Assembly: GCA_963816925.1 (NCBI GenBank)
Contig: CAWFMY010000020.1
Span: 8,756-72,755, forward strand
Length of the DNA: 64,000 nucleotides
Direction: 5' to 3'
Origin: an uncultured beta proteobacterium
GTDB lineage: Bacteria > Pseudomonadota > Gammaproteobacteria > Burkholderiales > Casimicrobiaceae
The translations under genes were made by a program, and so were the position numbers. Shown here piece after piece: positions 34,572-45,028 of the stretch. How positions within the stretch are numbered: the stretch's first letter is position 1; each line of letters opens with the position of its first letter. Below the pieces are notes generated by a model. The model did not search any database, was not told the origin of the DNA, and was given only the letters and a program-made list of their open reading frames with translations.

Positions 34572-35972
34572 ATGATCCGCGACGTCCGAATTCCGCCGGG
34601 CGAGCCGTTCGGCGTGGCGCCTGCCGCACCCGGGCGCGCCGGCGAGGCGCCTTTGGCGCCCGCGATTCTTCCGGTTTCGCTGCTCGTGAGCTCCGCGCGG
34701 CTCATTCTCGAGCGCCACATCGGGCTCGTGTGGGTTTCCGGCGAGATTTCCAACTTCACCCGCGCGGCATCGGGCCACTGCTATTTCAACCTGAAGGATG
34801 CGCAAGCACAGGTGCGCTGCGTCTTCTTCCGCCACCGGGCGCAGTTCGCGGATTTCGCGCTGCGCGACGGGCTGGCGGTCGAGGTGCGCGCGACCGCGTC
34901 GATCTACGAAGCGCGGGGCGAGTTCCAGCTCAATGTCGAGACCGTCCGCCTGGCGGGGCAAGGCGCGCTCTACGAGAAATTCGCGCGCTTGAAGGCGCGG
35001 CTCGAGGCCGCCGGCTGGTTCGCGACGGAACGCAAGCGGCCCTTGCCGGCGTACCCGCGCGCCGTCGGCATCGTGACGTCGACGCGCGCCGCCGCATTGC
35101 GCGACCTTCTTACGACGCTGAAGCGGCGCTGGCCTGCGCTCGCCGTGATCATCTACTCGACCCCCGTGCAAGGCGAGGGCGCCGCGGAATCGATCGCGCT
35201 CGCCATCCGCACGGCCAACGAACGCGCGGAAGTCGACGTCCTGATCGTCGCGCGCGGCGGCGGCTCGATCGAGGACCTGTGGGCCTTCAACGAAGAGGTC
35301 GTCGCGCAGGCTGTCTTCGAATCGGCGCTGCCCGTGGTTTCCGGCGTCGGCCACGAAACCGATTTCACGATCTGCGATTTCGTCGCCGATGCGCGCGCGC
35401 CGACGCCGACCGGCGCGGCGGGGCTCGTCGCACCGGATCGCGATGCCGTCGTGCGGCATGTGGCCGCGATCGCCGGGCGCTGGCGACAGGCGCAGCTGCG
35501 GGCGCTGGAGGCGACGATGCAGCGCGTGGATGGCCTGTCGCGCCGCCTCACCCATCCCGCCGCGCGGCTGGAGCAGCAGGCGCGCGACGCCGCGCTGCTC
35601 GCGGGCCGTCTCGCGCGCGCGTTTCGCCATCGCCTCGACGCTGCGTCGACGGGGATCGGCGGCCTCGCCCGGCGTCTCGCGTGGCACCTTGCGCAGCCGC
35701 TCCCGCAATCCGCGCTCCTTCCCCACGCGGCGCTTCTGCTCACCCGCGCGGCTCGATCGCGGCAGGAGCGCTTCGATCTGCGCCTGGTCGCGCTCGCGCA
35801 GAACCTCGCGCACCTCAATCCGCAAGGCGTGCTGGAGCGTGGCTATGCGATCGTGACCGCCGCGGACGGCGCGATCGTCGAGGACACGGCACGGTTGGCA
35901 ATTGGCGACGACGTGGACATCGCGTTCGCGCGCGGCAATGCGGGCGCCACGATCAGGAAGCTCGGAAGTTGA
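34572..35972 (+). CDS. xseA: exodeoxyribonuclease VII large subunit
   Basis: 466 aa; ...VWVSGEISNFTRAASGHCYFNLKD... OB-fold N-terminus and the catalytic region ...RGGGSIEDLWAFNEE... Confidence 0.93.
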   Translation: MIRDVRIPPGEPFGVAPAAPGRAGEAPLAPAILPVSLLVSSARLILERHIGLVWVSGEISNFTRAASGHCYFNLKDAQAQVRCVFFRHRAQFADFALRDGLAVEVRATASIYEARGEFQLNVETVRLAGQGALYEKFARLKARLEAAGWFATERKRPLPAYPRAVGIVTSTRAAALRDLLTTLKRRWPALAVIIYSTPVQGEGAAESIALAIRTANERAEVDVLIVARGGGSIEDLWAFNEEVVAQAVFESALPVVSGVGHETDFTICDFVADARAPTPTGAAGLVAPDRDAVVRHVAAIAGRWRQAQLRALEATMQRVDGLSRRLTHPAARLEQQARDAALLAGRLARAFRHRLDAASTGIGGLARRLAWHLAQPLPQSALLPHAALLLTRAARSRQERFDLRLVALAQNLAHLNPQGVLERGYAIVTAADGAIVEDTARLAIGDDVDIAFARGNAGATIRKLGS

Positions 35973-35999
35973 TCCGCGTGCGCGCTTCGAGCCGCCCGA

Positions 36000-36992
36000 T
36001 CACCGGATCACCACGTCCGCGCGCGCCAGCAGCGACTGCGGGATCGTGAGGCCGAGCGCCTTCGCGGTCCTGAGGTTGACGACCATCTCGAACCTTGTCG
36101 CCTGCTCGATCGGGAGGTCGCCCGGCTTCGCGCCTTTGAGGATCTTGTCCACGTAGGTCGCGGCGCGACGGTAATTGTCGGTAACCTCCTGTCCGTAGCT
36201 CATGAGACCGTTGCCCTTGGCGTACGAGGGCCGCGTGCCGACTGACGGCAACCGGAATTTCGCCGCGAGTTCCGCGATTTGCGGGCCGTGCATGTTGAGG
36301 AACGAGTCACCCGCGATGACAAAGGCATCGACGTGCTCGCGCTTCATGACCGCGAAGCCCTTTTCGATCTCGTCCGGCGTGCGCACTTCGATGGTGAGGA
36401 TCTGTATGCCGGTTTTCCGCGCCGCCGCATCGACGTTGTTGAGAATCGCACGTTCCGTCGAGCTGCCGGGGTTCGCCAGGACGACGACGCGCGCGATTCC
36501 GGGAACAACCGCGATCAACATCTCCAGGAGCTTGGGACTGGCATCGAGGTTCGTATTGGAAAGCCCGGTGATGTTCCCGCCCGGATGCGCAAGGCTCGCG
36601 GCAAAGCCGCTGCCGACCGGGTCGCCCGTGCTTGGAAACACGATCGGAATGGTCGTCGTCGCTTGTTGCGCCGCGCGGATCGCCGGCGACGGAACGGCAA
36701 CGATGACGTCGACCTTCTGCCGCACCAATTCCGCTGCGAGGTCGGGCAGGCGCTCGTATTTTCCGTCGGCAAAGCGTGCCTCGATGGCGAGATTCCGTCC
36801 CTCGACATAGCCCTGCTCGCGCATTCCCTGCAGGAACGCCGCGTAATAGCCGGTATCCACGAGAGATTGGCGCGAGGCTGCAGCGAGGAAGCCGACGCGC
36901 CAGAATTTCCTTGCAACTTGCGCGGGCACGATGCCTGGCAATGCAAGGAGTCCGCCAGCGACGGCGCCGACGAATGTCCGCCTGTTCATCAT
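36000..36992 (-). CDS. ABC-type periplasmic substrate-binding protein (COG2984-like), orphan
   Basis: Tat-like signal MMNRRTFVGAVAGGLLALPG; ...VDVIVAVPSPAIRAAQQATTTIPIVF...; 330 aa. Confidence 0.8.
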   Translation of the reverse strand: MMNRRTFVGAVAGGLLALPGIVPAQVARKFWRVGFLAAASRQSLVDTGYYAAFLQGMREQGYVEGRNLAIEARFADGKYERLPDLAAELVRQKVDVIVAVPSPAIRAAQQATTTIPIVFPSTGDPVGSGFAASLAHPGGNITGLSNTNLDASPKLLEMLIAVVPGIARVVVLANPGSSTERAILNNVDAAARKTGIQILTIEVRTPDEIEKGFAVMKREHVDAFVIAGDSFLNMHGPQIAELAAKFRLPSVGTRPSYAKGNGLMSYGQEVTDNYRRAATYVDKILKGAKPGDLPIEQATRFEMVVNLRTAKALGLTIPQSLLARADVVIR

Positions 36993-37022
36993 GGCAGCAC
37001 CTCGTTCGAACCGCGCTCCTTC

Positions 37023-38186
37023 TTATGCCTCGTCCGGATCCGGATCGTCGACCGCGTCACCACGCTTCAGGCGCGCGACGACATCAGCGGGCGCGGCCGC
37101 CGGAATCCGCGGCGTCGTGGTCACCACATCCGCGTTTTGCGCGCGGTGGCGCAGCGCGTGGTCGATCAGCACCAGCGCGACCATCGCTTCGGCGATCGGC
37201 GTCGCCCGGATGCCGACGCAGGGGTCGTGGCGACCGTGCGTGTTGACGATCACCGGGTTGCCCGCCTTGTCGATCGAGCGGCGGTCGAGCCGGACCGACG
37301 ACGTCGGCTTCACGGCGATCGTGACGACGACATCCTGGCCCGTGGAAATGCCGCCGAGGACGCCGCCTGCATTGTTCGACAAAAAGCCGTCCGGCGTCAT
37401 CTCGTCCGAATGCTCGGTGCCGCGCTGCGCGACGCTCGCGAATCCCGCGCCGATTTCCACGCCCTTGACCGCGTTGATGCCCATCATCGCCCCGGCGAGC
37501 TCGGCGTCGAGGCGGCCGTAAACGGGCTCGCCCCAGCCGACCGGAACGCCGCTCGCAACGACGGTGATCTTCGCGCCGCACGAATCGCCCGACTTGCGCA
37601 GCGCATCCATGTAGGCCTCGAGCGCGTCGACCACCGACGCGTTGGCGACGAAAAACGGATTGGTGTCGACGTGCGCCCAATCCTCGAAGGCGATCGCGTG
37701 CGGCCCCAATTGGACGAGATGGCCGCGAACCGCCACGCCGTAGCGCTCGCGCAGCCATTTCCTCGCGATCGCGCCCGCGGCGACACGCACCGCCGTCTCG
37801 CGTGCCGATGCCCGCCCGCCGCCCCGATAATCGCGAATGCCGTACTTCTGCCAATACGCGTAGTCGGCATGGCCCGGCCGGAACGTTTCGGCGATCGCGG
37901 CGTAATCCTTGCTGCGCGGGTCCTCGTTGCGGATCAGCAGCGCGATCGGGGTTCCGGTGGTCCGTCCTTCGAACACGCCGGAAAGAATTTCCACGGTGTC
38001 CGACTCGCGCCTCTGCGTGACGTGCCGCGATGTGCCGGGCTTGCGGCGATCGAGCTCGCGCTGGATGTCGGCCGCGTCGAGCGCCATGCCGGGCGGGCAG
38101 CCGTCGACCACGCAGCCGATCGCGGGGCCGTGCGATTCGCCGAAGGACGTGACGCGAAACAACGTGCCGAGCGTGTTGCCGGACAT
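37023..38186 (-). CDS. aroC: chorismate synthase
   Basis: [33 protein letters not shown]...; the start is at the internal ATG 38186. Confidence 0.96.
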   Translation of the reverse strand: MSGNTLGTLFRVTSFGESHGPAIGCVVDGCPPGMALDAADIQRELDRRKPGTSRHVTQRRESDTVEILSGVFEGRTTGTPIALLIRNEDPRSKDYAAIAETFRPGHADYAYWQKYGIRDYRGGGRASARETAVRVAAGAIARKWLRERYGVAVRGHLVQLGPHAIAFEDWAHVDTNPFFVANASVVDALEAYMDALRKSGDSCGAKITVVASGVPVGWGEPVYGRLDAELAGAMMGINAVKGVEIGAGFASVAQRGTEHSDEMTPDGFLSNNAGGVLGGISTGQDVVVTIAVKPTSSVRLDRRSIDKAGNPVIVNTHGRHDPCVGIRATPIAEAMVALVLIDHALRHRAQNADVVTTTPRIPAAAPADVVARLKRGDAVDDPDPDEA

Positions 38187-38345
38187 GGGATCGTGGTGGC
38201 AAATGACCAAACTTACTGTAGCACACGAGGCGTGACGCGATCGCCGTCTCGCGCCCGCGACGAAAAGAATCGCCCGCGCGGCTGCACTCGCACTAGAATC
38301 GATGCACTCCCCGGTTCGTCACGTCACGCGCTGCCGCGAAATTCG

Positions 38346-39122
38346 ATGTCGTCCGCACCTGAAGCTCCCGTCATTCCGGCCGCGTTGATCGGCCGCCTGC
38401 GCAAGGCGCGCTCGATGGCGGCGCTCACCGGCGCGGGAATCTCGGCGGAGTCAGGTGTCCCCACGTTCCGCGACGCGCAGACCGGCATGTGGGCGAAGTT
38501 CGACCCGCTCGAGCTCGCCACGCCCGATGCGTTCAGGCGCAACGCGAAGCTCGTCTGGGATTGGTATGCGTGGCGCCGCGAGCTCGTCGCGCAGGCGCAG
38601 CCCAACGCCGGCCACCGCGCGCTCGCCGCGATCGAAGCCGCGAATCCCGGTTTCCTGGTGATCACGCAAAACGTCGACGGCCTCCATCAGGCCGCGGGCA
38701 GCGCCAACGTGGTCGAGCTCCACGGCAACATCCGGCGCGTCAAGTGCTCGCGCGACGGCACCATCGTCGCGACGTGGGACGATTCCAGCCCGCGCGAGGC
38801 GCCGCGCTGCGCGCAATGCGGCGCGTTCCTGCGGCCGGATGTCGTGTGGTTCGAGGAGACGCTGCCCGACGATGCCCTCGTGCGGGCCGAGCACGCGGCG
38901 CGCGACTGCGACGTGCTGCTGGTCGTCGGCACCGCCGCCGAGGTCTATCCCGCGGCGATGCTTCCCACCTACGCGCGGCACCATGGGGCCGCGATCGTCG
39001 AGATCAATCCGAGTCCGACGCGGCTTTCCGATCGCGTCGACTACACGCTGCGCGGACCGTCGGGCGTTGTGCTGCCGGCGCTCGTCACCGCCGTGTGGGG
39101 CGACGTTCCGGCGCCCCGATAG
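38346..39122 (+). CDS. cobB: NAD-dependent protein deacylase (Sir2/CobB family)
   Basis: TGAGISAESGVPTFRD, QNVDGLH and Zn-ribbon cysteines (KCSRDG...CAQCG). This is the last ~258 codons of ORF 36279..39122, from ATG 38346. Confidence 0.9.
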   Translation: MSSAPEAPVIPAALIGRLRKARSMAALTGAGISAESGVPTFRDAQTGMWAKFDPLELATPDAFRRNAKLVWDWYAWRRELVAQAQPNAGHRALAAIEAANPGFLVITQNVDGLHQAAGSANVVELHGNIRRVKCSRDGTIVATWDDSSPREAPRCAQCGAFLRPDVVWFEETLPDDALVRAEHAARDCDVLLVVGTAAEVYPAAMLPTYARHHGAAIVEINPSPTRLSDRVDYTLRGPSGVVLPALVTAVWGDVPAPR

Positions 39123-39129
39123 CACGGCG

Positions 39130-40533
39130 TCACGCCTTCGGCGGCTCCGGCGGCTTCGCGTCCTCGTCAGGGGCCGTCGCGGCCATCTCGCGCGACAGCC
39201 GCCACGCCATCCATCCCAGCACCAGCACGCCGAGGACGAGCGCGGCCCACAGCACCCAGCGCTTGACGTCGGGCGGCTTCTGGAGCCGCTCCGGCCCGCC
39301 AAGCACGATCTGCGGCGCGCCCGCGGCGATCGCGGCAGTGGCGACGCTCGCGGGAAGCTCGCGCATGCTGTCGTAGCCGGGGACCAGCGTCGAAATCGGC
39401 AACGCGCCCGCGCTCGCCGCAAGATTTCCATAAGCGAGCGTGAAGGGCGCGGGCCCGCGCGCCGCGAACACGATCTCCTGCGGCTGCCATCCTGCGCGCA
39501 ACGGCGGCGGCGCCTGCCCCGTCGCGCCCGATCGCGGGTCGACGTGGAGCAGCCAGTACCGGCGTTCGTTCCCGGCGACCGGAAACGGCGGGCTCGTTAT
39601 GTCGCCGCTCTGCTGCGCCAGCCGATAGAACACCGTCGACCCTGCGAACTGCCAGGGCTCCGTGGGGCTGGAGCGCGCCGACAACGTCGCCGGCACGATC
39701 GAATTCGGCGTCGCGAGGTCGACCACGATGCGGTCGACGGGAAAGGCACCGCCGAGATCGTATTCGAAATCGCCCTCGTGGTCGGCGACGCGCGTTCCCG
39801 TGGCGCCGCGCCACTGCCGCGGCGTGTCGACCGTGCGCTCGCCGTATTCGCCGCTCACGGCGCCGAACTCGATGACCGGGCGATCGGCGCCCCAGGACAG
39901 GCGAAGGAATTTTGCCTTGATCGGCGCGAACTCGACGCGGTTGCGCGTCAGGCGCTGCCCGGCATACTCGATGCTGACGAGCGTTGCGTCGGTCGAAACG
40001 TTTCGCCAGACGGCGAGATCGTCGCTCGCGTCGATTGCAAAGCGCATGGTCGTCGCGCCGGTCGTTTCCGGCAACGCGAACGTCAGCGCCACGAGCGGCT
40101 CGTCGAGCGCGGACGTGTCGAGCACGTATCCGCCCAGCACCTTGCCCGGCGCCGGCTCGCCATCGGCGGCATTCACGCTGACCGTCGTTCCGGCCGCGTT
40201 CCGGGTGACCGAAAGCGCAAGGCCCGTCGCGTTCTGCCGGTACCGATCCACATGGAGCGGGAACATCGGCAACGGCACCGGCGGCGGACGCTCGCGCGGC
40301 ACCGCGCGGCGCGGCACGAGGGCGAAAGGAACGAGCTCGCCATCCGCGTTGAAGACACGCAGGTCCGAGAGATCGCGGTGCGCGACGCCTTCGTAGACGG
40401 CGGCGGGCAGCGCGACGCGCTGGAACGCGGCCGGCGCGCCGGGAGTAAGCGCGACGCCGAACGCGTAGTCGGCAGGCCGCTCGGCGTGCGCCGATGCGGC
40501 GAACAATGCGGCGAGAAGAAGCGGGCGAATCAT
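39130..40533 (-). CDS. DUF3999-like secreted protein with a C-terminal membrane anchor (467 aa)
   Basis: The ATG at 40533 overlaps the upstream stop (ATGA). Signal peptide MIRPLLLAALFAASAHA, a beta-rich body and the C-terminal helix WVLWAALVLGVLVLGWMAW. The family name comes from my recollection of its usual pairing with DUF2339. Confidence 0.7.
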   Translation of the reverse strand: MIRPLLLAALFAASAHAERPADYAFGVALTPGAPAAFQRVALPAAVYEGVAHRDLSDLRVFNADGELVPFALVPRRAVPRERPPPVPLPMFPLHVDRYRQNATGLALSVTRNAAGTTVSVNAADGEPAPGKVLGGYVLDTSALDEPLVALTFALPETTGATTMRFAIDASDDLAVWRNVSTDATLVSIEYAGQRLTRNRVEFAPIKAKFLRLSWGADRPVIEFGAVSGEYGERTVDTPRQWRGATGTRVADHEGDFEYDLGGAFPVDRIVVDLATPNSIVPATLSARSSPTEPWQFAGSTVFYRLAQQSGDITSPPFPVAGNERRYWLLHVDPRSGATGQAPPPLRAGWQPQEIVFAARGPAPFTLAYGNLAASAGALPISTLVPGYDSMRELPASVATAAIAAGAPQIVLGGPERLQKPPDVKRWVLWAALVLGVLVLGWMAWRLSREMAATAPDEDAKPPEPPKA

Positions 40534-43388
40534 GGCGAGTCCTTCCTGCGCGGCGGCACCGGCGCGAGATATCCGATCAACAGCAACAGCAGGCCGACGC
40601 CGATGAACGACACGATCCGCGTTATCGTCCCGACCTGCGCCAGCTCGACCAGGAACAGCTTGGCGACCACCACGCCGAGGAGCGCCGCGCCCGCCATCCA
40701 CGGCGCGCGCCACTGCCTGCGATTGGCGTACGCCATCGTCGCCAGCGCGAGCGACGACCAGAGCAGCGACAGCACCGCCTGCACCAGCGTCGAATTCCAC
40801 AGCGCGTGCGGCGTGTACGGGACGTCGTACCAGAAATGGATCGACCGCAGCGCGATCGCATTGATCCACAGGAACGCGAGCGCGCACAGCATGACGACGT
40901 CGGCATTTCCTGGCAGTTCATCGAAAGTCTGCGGGTACGTGCGCCGAACGCGCACCGCCCAGGTCGCCAGGGCGAGCAGGATCGCGGCCTGCGTGAGGTC
41001 CAGCGGATTGAGCAACGGCAGATACGGCAGCGGCGCCGGATTGCCGCTGCCATGGACATTGGCGGCAATCGACCAGATCACCAGCAGCGCGGCCACGGGA
41101 ACCGCCCCCAGCAGGAAATACCCCCGCCGATGCACGCCGACGGGCCAGCTCGTTCCGGCGGCAAGCTCGCTCACGATGCCGAGCCCGAGCGCCGGGACGA
41201 GACCCCAGGGCACCGCGCTCCAGACGCCATGGCTGTACTCGATCCGGCTGCCCGCCCATGACAGTTCATCCGCGATCAGCAGCAGCACGAGCCAGAAGAG
41301 TCCCGCGTGCTGGAGCTCGTATGTCGTCGCAACGCGCTCGTCGCCGGCGTGCTGCCGATCGAACCAGCGCAACAGTCCCACGACCGCGACGACCGCGAAT
41401 ATCCACGCGAGGTAGCCACCATGCGCAAAGAGATGATCGACCGTCATGTAGCCGCGGCCGATGGCCACGAAGGCGATGACGAGCAGGGCCGGCAGCAACA
41501 GCAACGCCGGGACGCGGGCGATCGGCCAGCGCAGTTTCGCTTCCAGCACGACGAACAGCACGGCCGTCGCGGCGAGGAACGCGACCAGCGCCGGAACGCG
41601 CATGTCGAACGGGACGAAGCGGTCGATTTCGCGCCATCCCGCCAGCAGCCACCACGCCATTCCCCAGGCGAACGCGCACGGCGCCGCGGCGTGCTCGCCC
41701 GCCGGGACGCGGTCCTGATGCCGCAGCAGTATCCACGACGTGAAGAAACCGGCAACGGAGACGAGCAACGCGCCGACGAAGGCGCTGTTGGCGAGCGGGA
41801 TCGACGACGCCGGGCCGGCGGGCGCCCACAGCGACAGCCCGAGCAGGAACGCGATGCCGGCGCCGACCTGCAGCAGCAAACCAAATCCGCGCACGACGCC
41901 GCGCGAAAGCCGCACGCCCGCCCACACGATCGCCGCGCCCTCGATCGCCCAGGTCGCCGAGGTCCAGCGCGCGTCGAGCCCGAGCGGAACCGCCAGCGTC
42001 GCGAATACGATGCCGAGCGCCAGGAAACTCTCCACCAGCAGGCGGATGTCGTCGCGGCGGCGCGAGTAGAGGAAGCGGCCCAGGATCAGGTAGACCGCGG
42101 ACATCGCCAGCGCGCTGTATGCCATCCCGTATTCGATGTCGCGCACGAGCCCGCTCTGCAGGCCGGCGGCGACGAGCGGCGTTCCGAAGACGAGGCCGGC
42201 ATCGACGTAGTCGCGCACTTCGACCGACCGGCGCAGCGCATACAGCACCGCGATCGCGACGTAGAACAGGAAGAACAGGATCAGGAACGGTTCCGTCGTC
42301 GCAAAATCCTCGGGCCGGTATCGCGTCACCCCCCAGAACGTCCCGACGAGGAAGGTGAACGCGAATCCCAGCAGGTTCAGCACGCGCCACGCCTTGAACC
42401 ACGCGATGCCGAGAATGCCCGCGTTGAGCAACGCGTAATAGCTGAACAGCATCACGTGGTTGCCGGTGTTGTTCGACGTGAGGATCGGCGCGAGGAAGCC
42501 GCCGGCGACGGCGAGCGCCGCCAGCGAAATCGCATCCTGGCGTACCGCGAGGAAGGAGGACAACGCGGAGATCGCCACGAGCAGCCCGAAGGCCGCGGCG
42601 GGCGAGACGAGCGCGTAGAGACGCAGCGCGCCGAACACGGTCATGTAGAGGACGCCGACGCCGCCGCCCTGCAGCACCATCGCGTAGGCGCGCCGGCTCT
42701 CGCGCAGCCGCCAGCCGATCACGAGCAGCGCGACGCCGCCCAGCGCGATGCCGGCGAGGCGAAGCGAGATCGGCACCTGCACGTGCTCGACCGCGTACTT
42801 CAGCAGGAAGCCGACGCCGATGAACAGGAGCACGACACCGAGGCGTGCCAGCGTGTTGCCGCCGACGATCCACGCCCAGATCGGATTGGGCGGCACCTCG
42901 GGGGCCGGCTCGAAGCGCGGCGCAGGCGGCGCATCCGATCGCGCAGCGTACGAAGCGGGCGCAAGGCTCATTGTGCCGTCGGCATTGACCGAAGCGACGG
43001 CCGCCTCGGCCTCGGCCGCCGATGGCGGCGCAGGCTGCGGCGCCGGCTGGGGCAAGTCGCGGTCGGCGATCACCGACGGCACCACCGTTTCGGGCGGCGG
43101 CACGGCCGGTGCTGTGGCGACGGCCGGGGGCGCGTCGATGGCGCGCGCACCCATCGGCAACGCGCGCTCCAGTTCCGCGACTCGGCGCTCGAGCATTGAA
43201 ACGCGATCGGCCAGAGGCCGCACGGGCTCCGCCACGACCGGAAAGGATGCCGTCGGGCGCGCCGCTTCCGGACGCATGTTGGAATCGCGCTCCTTGCGAC
43301 TGCGGATGATGAAGCCGACGAACGCGCCGACGAGTCCTCCGACGAGCGCGCCTCCGCCGCTCCCCAGGAGCAGACCTCCGATCAACAT
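40530..43388 (-). CDS. DUF2339-like giant polytopic membrane protein (952 aa; the true start may be 43419)
   Basis: An N-terminal Gly-rich helix is followed by the coiled-coil-like RVSMLERRVAELERAL, a Pro/Ala linker and more than 20 hydrophobic segments. GGGAGG plus ATG at 43419 lie one frame off. Confidence 0.75.
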   Translation of the reverse strand: MLIGGLLLGSGGGALVGGLVGAFVGFIIRSRKERDSNMRPEAARPTASFPVVAEPVRPLADRVSMLERRVAELERALPMGARAIDAPPAVATAPAVPPPETVVPSVIADRDLPQPAPQPAPPSAAEAEAAVASVNADGTMSLAPASYAARSDAPPAPRFEPAPEVPPNPIWAWIVGGNTLARLGVVLLFIGVGFLLKYAVEHVQVPISLRLAGIALGGVALLVIGWRLRESRRAYAMVLQGGGVGVLYMTVFGALRLYALVSPAAAFGLLVAISALSSFLAVRQDAISLAALAVAGGFLAPILTSNNTGNHVMLFSYYALLNAGILGIAWFKAWRVLNLLGFAFTFLVGTFWGVTRYRPEDFATTEPFLILFFLFYVAIAVLYALRRSVEVRDYVDAGLVFGTPLVAAGLQSGLVRDIEYGMAYSALAMSAVYLILGRFLYSRRRDDIRLLVESFLALGIVFATLAVPLGLDARWTSATWAIEGAAIVWAGVRLSRGVVRGFGLLLQVGAGIAFLLGLSLWAPAGPASSIPLANSAFVGALLVSVAGFFTSWILLRHQDRVPAGEHAAAPCAFAWGMAWWLLAGWREIDRFVPFDMRVPALVAFLAATAVLFVVLEAKLRWPIARVPALLLLPALLVIAFVAIGRGYMTVDHLFAHGGYLAWIFAVVAVVGLLRWFDRQHAGDERVATTYELQHAGLFWLVLLLIADELSWAGSRIEYSHGVWSAVPWGLVPALGLGIVSELAAGTSWPVGVHRRGYFLLGAVPVAALLVIWSIAANVHGSGNPAPLPYLPLLNPLDLTQAAILLALATWAVRVRRTYPQTFDELPGNADVVMLCALAFLWINAIALRSIHFWYDVPYTPHALWNSTLVQAVLSLLWSSLALATMAYANRRQWRAPWMAGAALLGVVVAKLFLVELAQVGTITRIVSFIGVGLLLLLIGYLAPVPPRRKDSP

Positions 43389-43461
43389 GCCGACGATGAC
43401 ACCGATTGACCGTTGCCATTGCGCCCTCCCTTAGTCGCGACAGCCTGCGCTCGCCGCCGCG

Positions 43462-43956
43462 TCACTTCTTCCGTGGTTCGCCGAGTGCCTTCAACGTCCC
43501 GTCGCGCAACCCGGTGAGGATCGCCTCGCCGTCCGGCGCGACCCGGAATTCGCCAAAACGGGCGTTGGCGAAATCGCTCGCGCGCCCTTCCTCGAAGAAG
43601 TAGCCGTTGGTCGCGAACTTGGGCTCACCGTGACGGACGCGATAGCGGACCCTGACCTCGTCGGCGGCCAACGCCGCACCGTCGTCGAGGCGGACAAAGG
43701 TGGCGACTCCGCGCGGGTCCAGCGCGAGCACGATCCGTCCGTCCCCGCTTGCGGCCGGCACGGACTGAAACCCGTCGCGCGCGGCCTTGAAGCGCAGGGC
43801 CATGTAGTCGCCCTGCATCAGCGAACGCGGGTCGACCGGCGTGAGTTCGAGCAGCACGACGCGGCCCTCCTCGAGCAGGCGCTCGCGGGAGGCGATGACG
43901 AGGTTTACGGCAGCCAGCAGGGCAACCGCATTCAGCACGACGATCCATTTACGCAT
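43462..43956 (-). CDS. GDYxxLxY-motif membrane-anchored periplasmic protein (164 aa)
   Basis: MRKWIVVLNAVALLAAVNLVIA anchor. The motif is visible as MQGDYMALRF. The start overlaps the upstream gene by 8 nt. Confidence 0.75.
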   Translation of the reverse strand: MRKWIVVLNAVALLAAVNLVIASRERLLEEGRVVLLELTPVDPRSLMQGDYMALRFKAARDGFQSVPAASGDGRIVLALDPRGVATFVRLDDGAALAADEVRVRYRVRHGEPKFATNGYFFEEGRASDFANARFGEFRVAPDGEAILTGLRDGTLKALGEPRKK

Positions 43957-45028
43957 GGCGGGCCTCCGATGACGACGACGCGACCCAGCGTCGCACCGCG
44001 AAGCGCGCGGCGAGCAGCACTGCGCCGGCCGCGAGGAGCGACGCGGACTTCGCCAGCAGCGTGGCATCGAGCGTGAAGTAGTAGTGGGAAAGCGCACCGG
44101 CCATGGCGACGATACCGAGCCCCATCAGCGCGCGACGGCCCGACGCGAATGCGAGCACGACGACGATCAGCGCGGCGATGAGCGCGGTCACCTGCCACGC
44201 GGCGGCGACCAGCGCCGCGCAGGCAGCAAGGGTCATCATTCCGGCGCGCCCCCCGAGCCGCACGCCGTTGCGCGCGAGGAGCACGGCTACCGTCCCGATG
44301 AAGATGACGGCGACGAGGCCGCTCCCGCGCCATGCCGAGGCATGTTCGGGGACTTCCCGCGCACGGAAGATGTCGCCCAGCGAACCGAACAGCAGGTTCG
44401 CAGGAACCAGCAGAAGCAATCCGAGCGCGAGGCCCGCGCTGATGGGCTGCCAGATGTCGGCGCGCGGGGAAAGGGACGCCTCGTTGAGCTCCACCGCGAC
44501 GAAGGCGCCCGCGAGCACCGCCGGAAACAGGAAGGCGACGTGTCCGATGGACAACGCAAAAAGCAGCGCCACCGCGGCGGCGAGCGTCGACCACGTGCGA
44601 TGGATCGAATACGGCACCACCAGCGCGAGAACGACTTCGAAGACGACGACGACCGCGAAGAAGACGGGCTCGTCGTGGCGGCCAAGCATCATGTACAGGC
44701 CGCCGACGACCAGCACCTGCCCCGCGAGGCTCAGCGCGAGCGCGAACTGCGCGAAGAAGTCGCTCTCGGCGAGGGTCCACAACATCGCGATCGCCGCGCC
44801 ACACAGAAGGAGCCCCGTCGGCAATGCCGCACCTTCGTTCCGGAATACGGATGCGATCGCCACGCCGACGAACCCCAGCAGGAAGCACGCGGCAATCCAA
44901 CCGGCGATGCCGATCATCGTCTTCACGTACCACGGCGCCGGTTCGCTCGTCATCGCGGGGGGATCGCCCTCGGTCAGGCCGGCGGCGCGCAGCCGGTCCC
45001 AAAGCGCCAGCAGGTTCGGCGAAGTCAT
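43949..45028 (-). CDS. DUF4401-like polytopic membrane protein (359 aa)
   Basis: The ATG at 45028 overlaps the upstream stop (ATGA), and there are about 10 hydrophobic helices. The family name is inferred from its position between DUF2157-like and GDYxxLxY genes. Confidence 0.65.
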   Translation of the reverse strand: MTSPNLLALWDRLRAAGLTEGDPPAMTSEPAPWYVKTMIGIAGWIAACFLLGFVGVAIASVFRNEGAALPTGLLLCGAAIAMLWTLAESDFFAQFALALSLAGQVLVVGGLYMMLGRHDEPVFFAVVVVFEVVLALVVPYSIHRTWSTLAAAVALLFALSIGHVAFLFPAVLAGAFVAVELNEASLSPRADIWQPISAGLALGLLLLVPANLLFGSLGDIFRAREVPEHASAWRGSGLVAVIFIGTVAVLLARNGVRLGGRAGMMTLAACAALVAAAWQVTALIAALIVVVLAFASGRRALMGLGIVAMAGALSHYYFTLDATLLAKSASLLAAGAVLLAARFAVRRWVASSSSEARHA

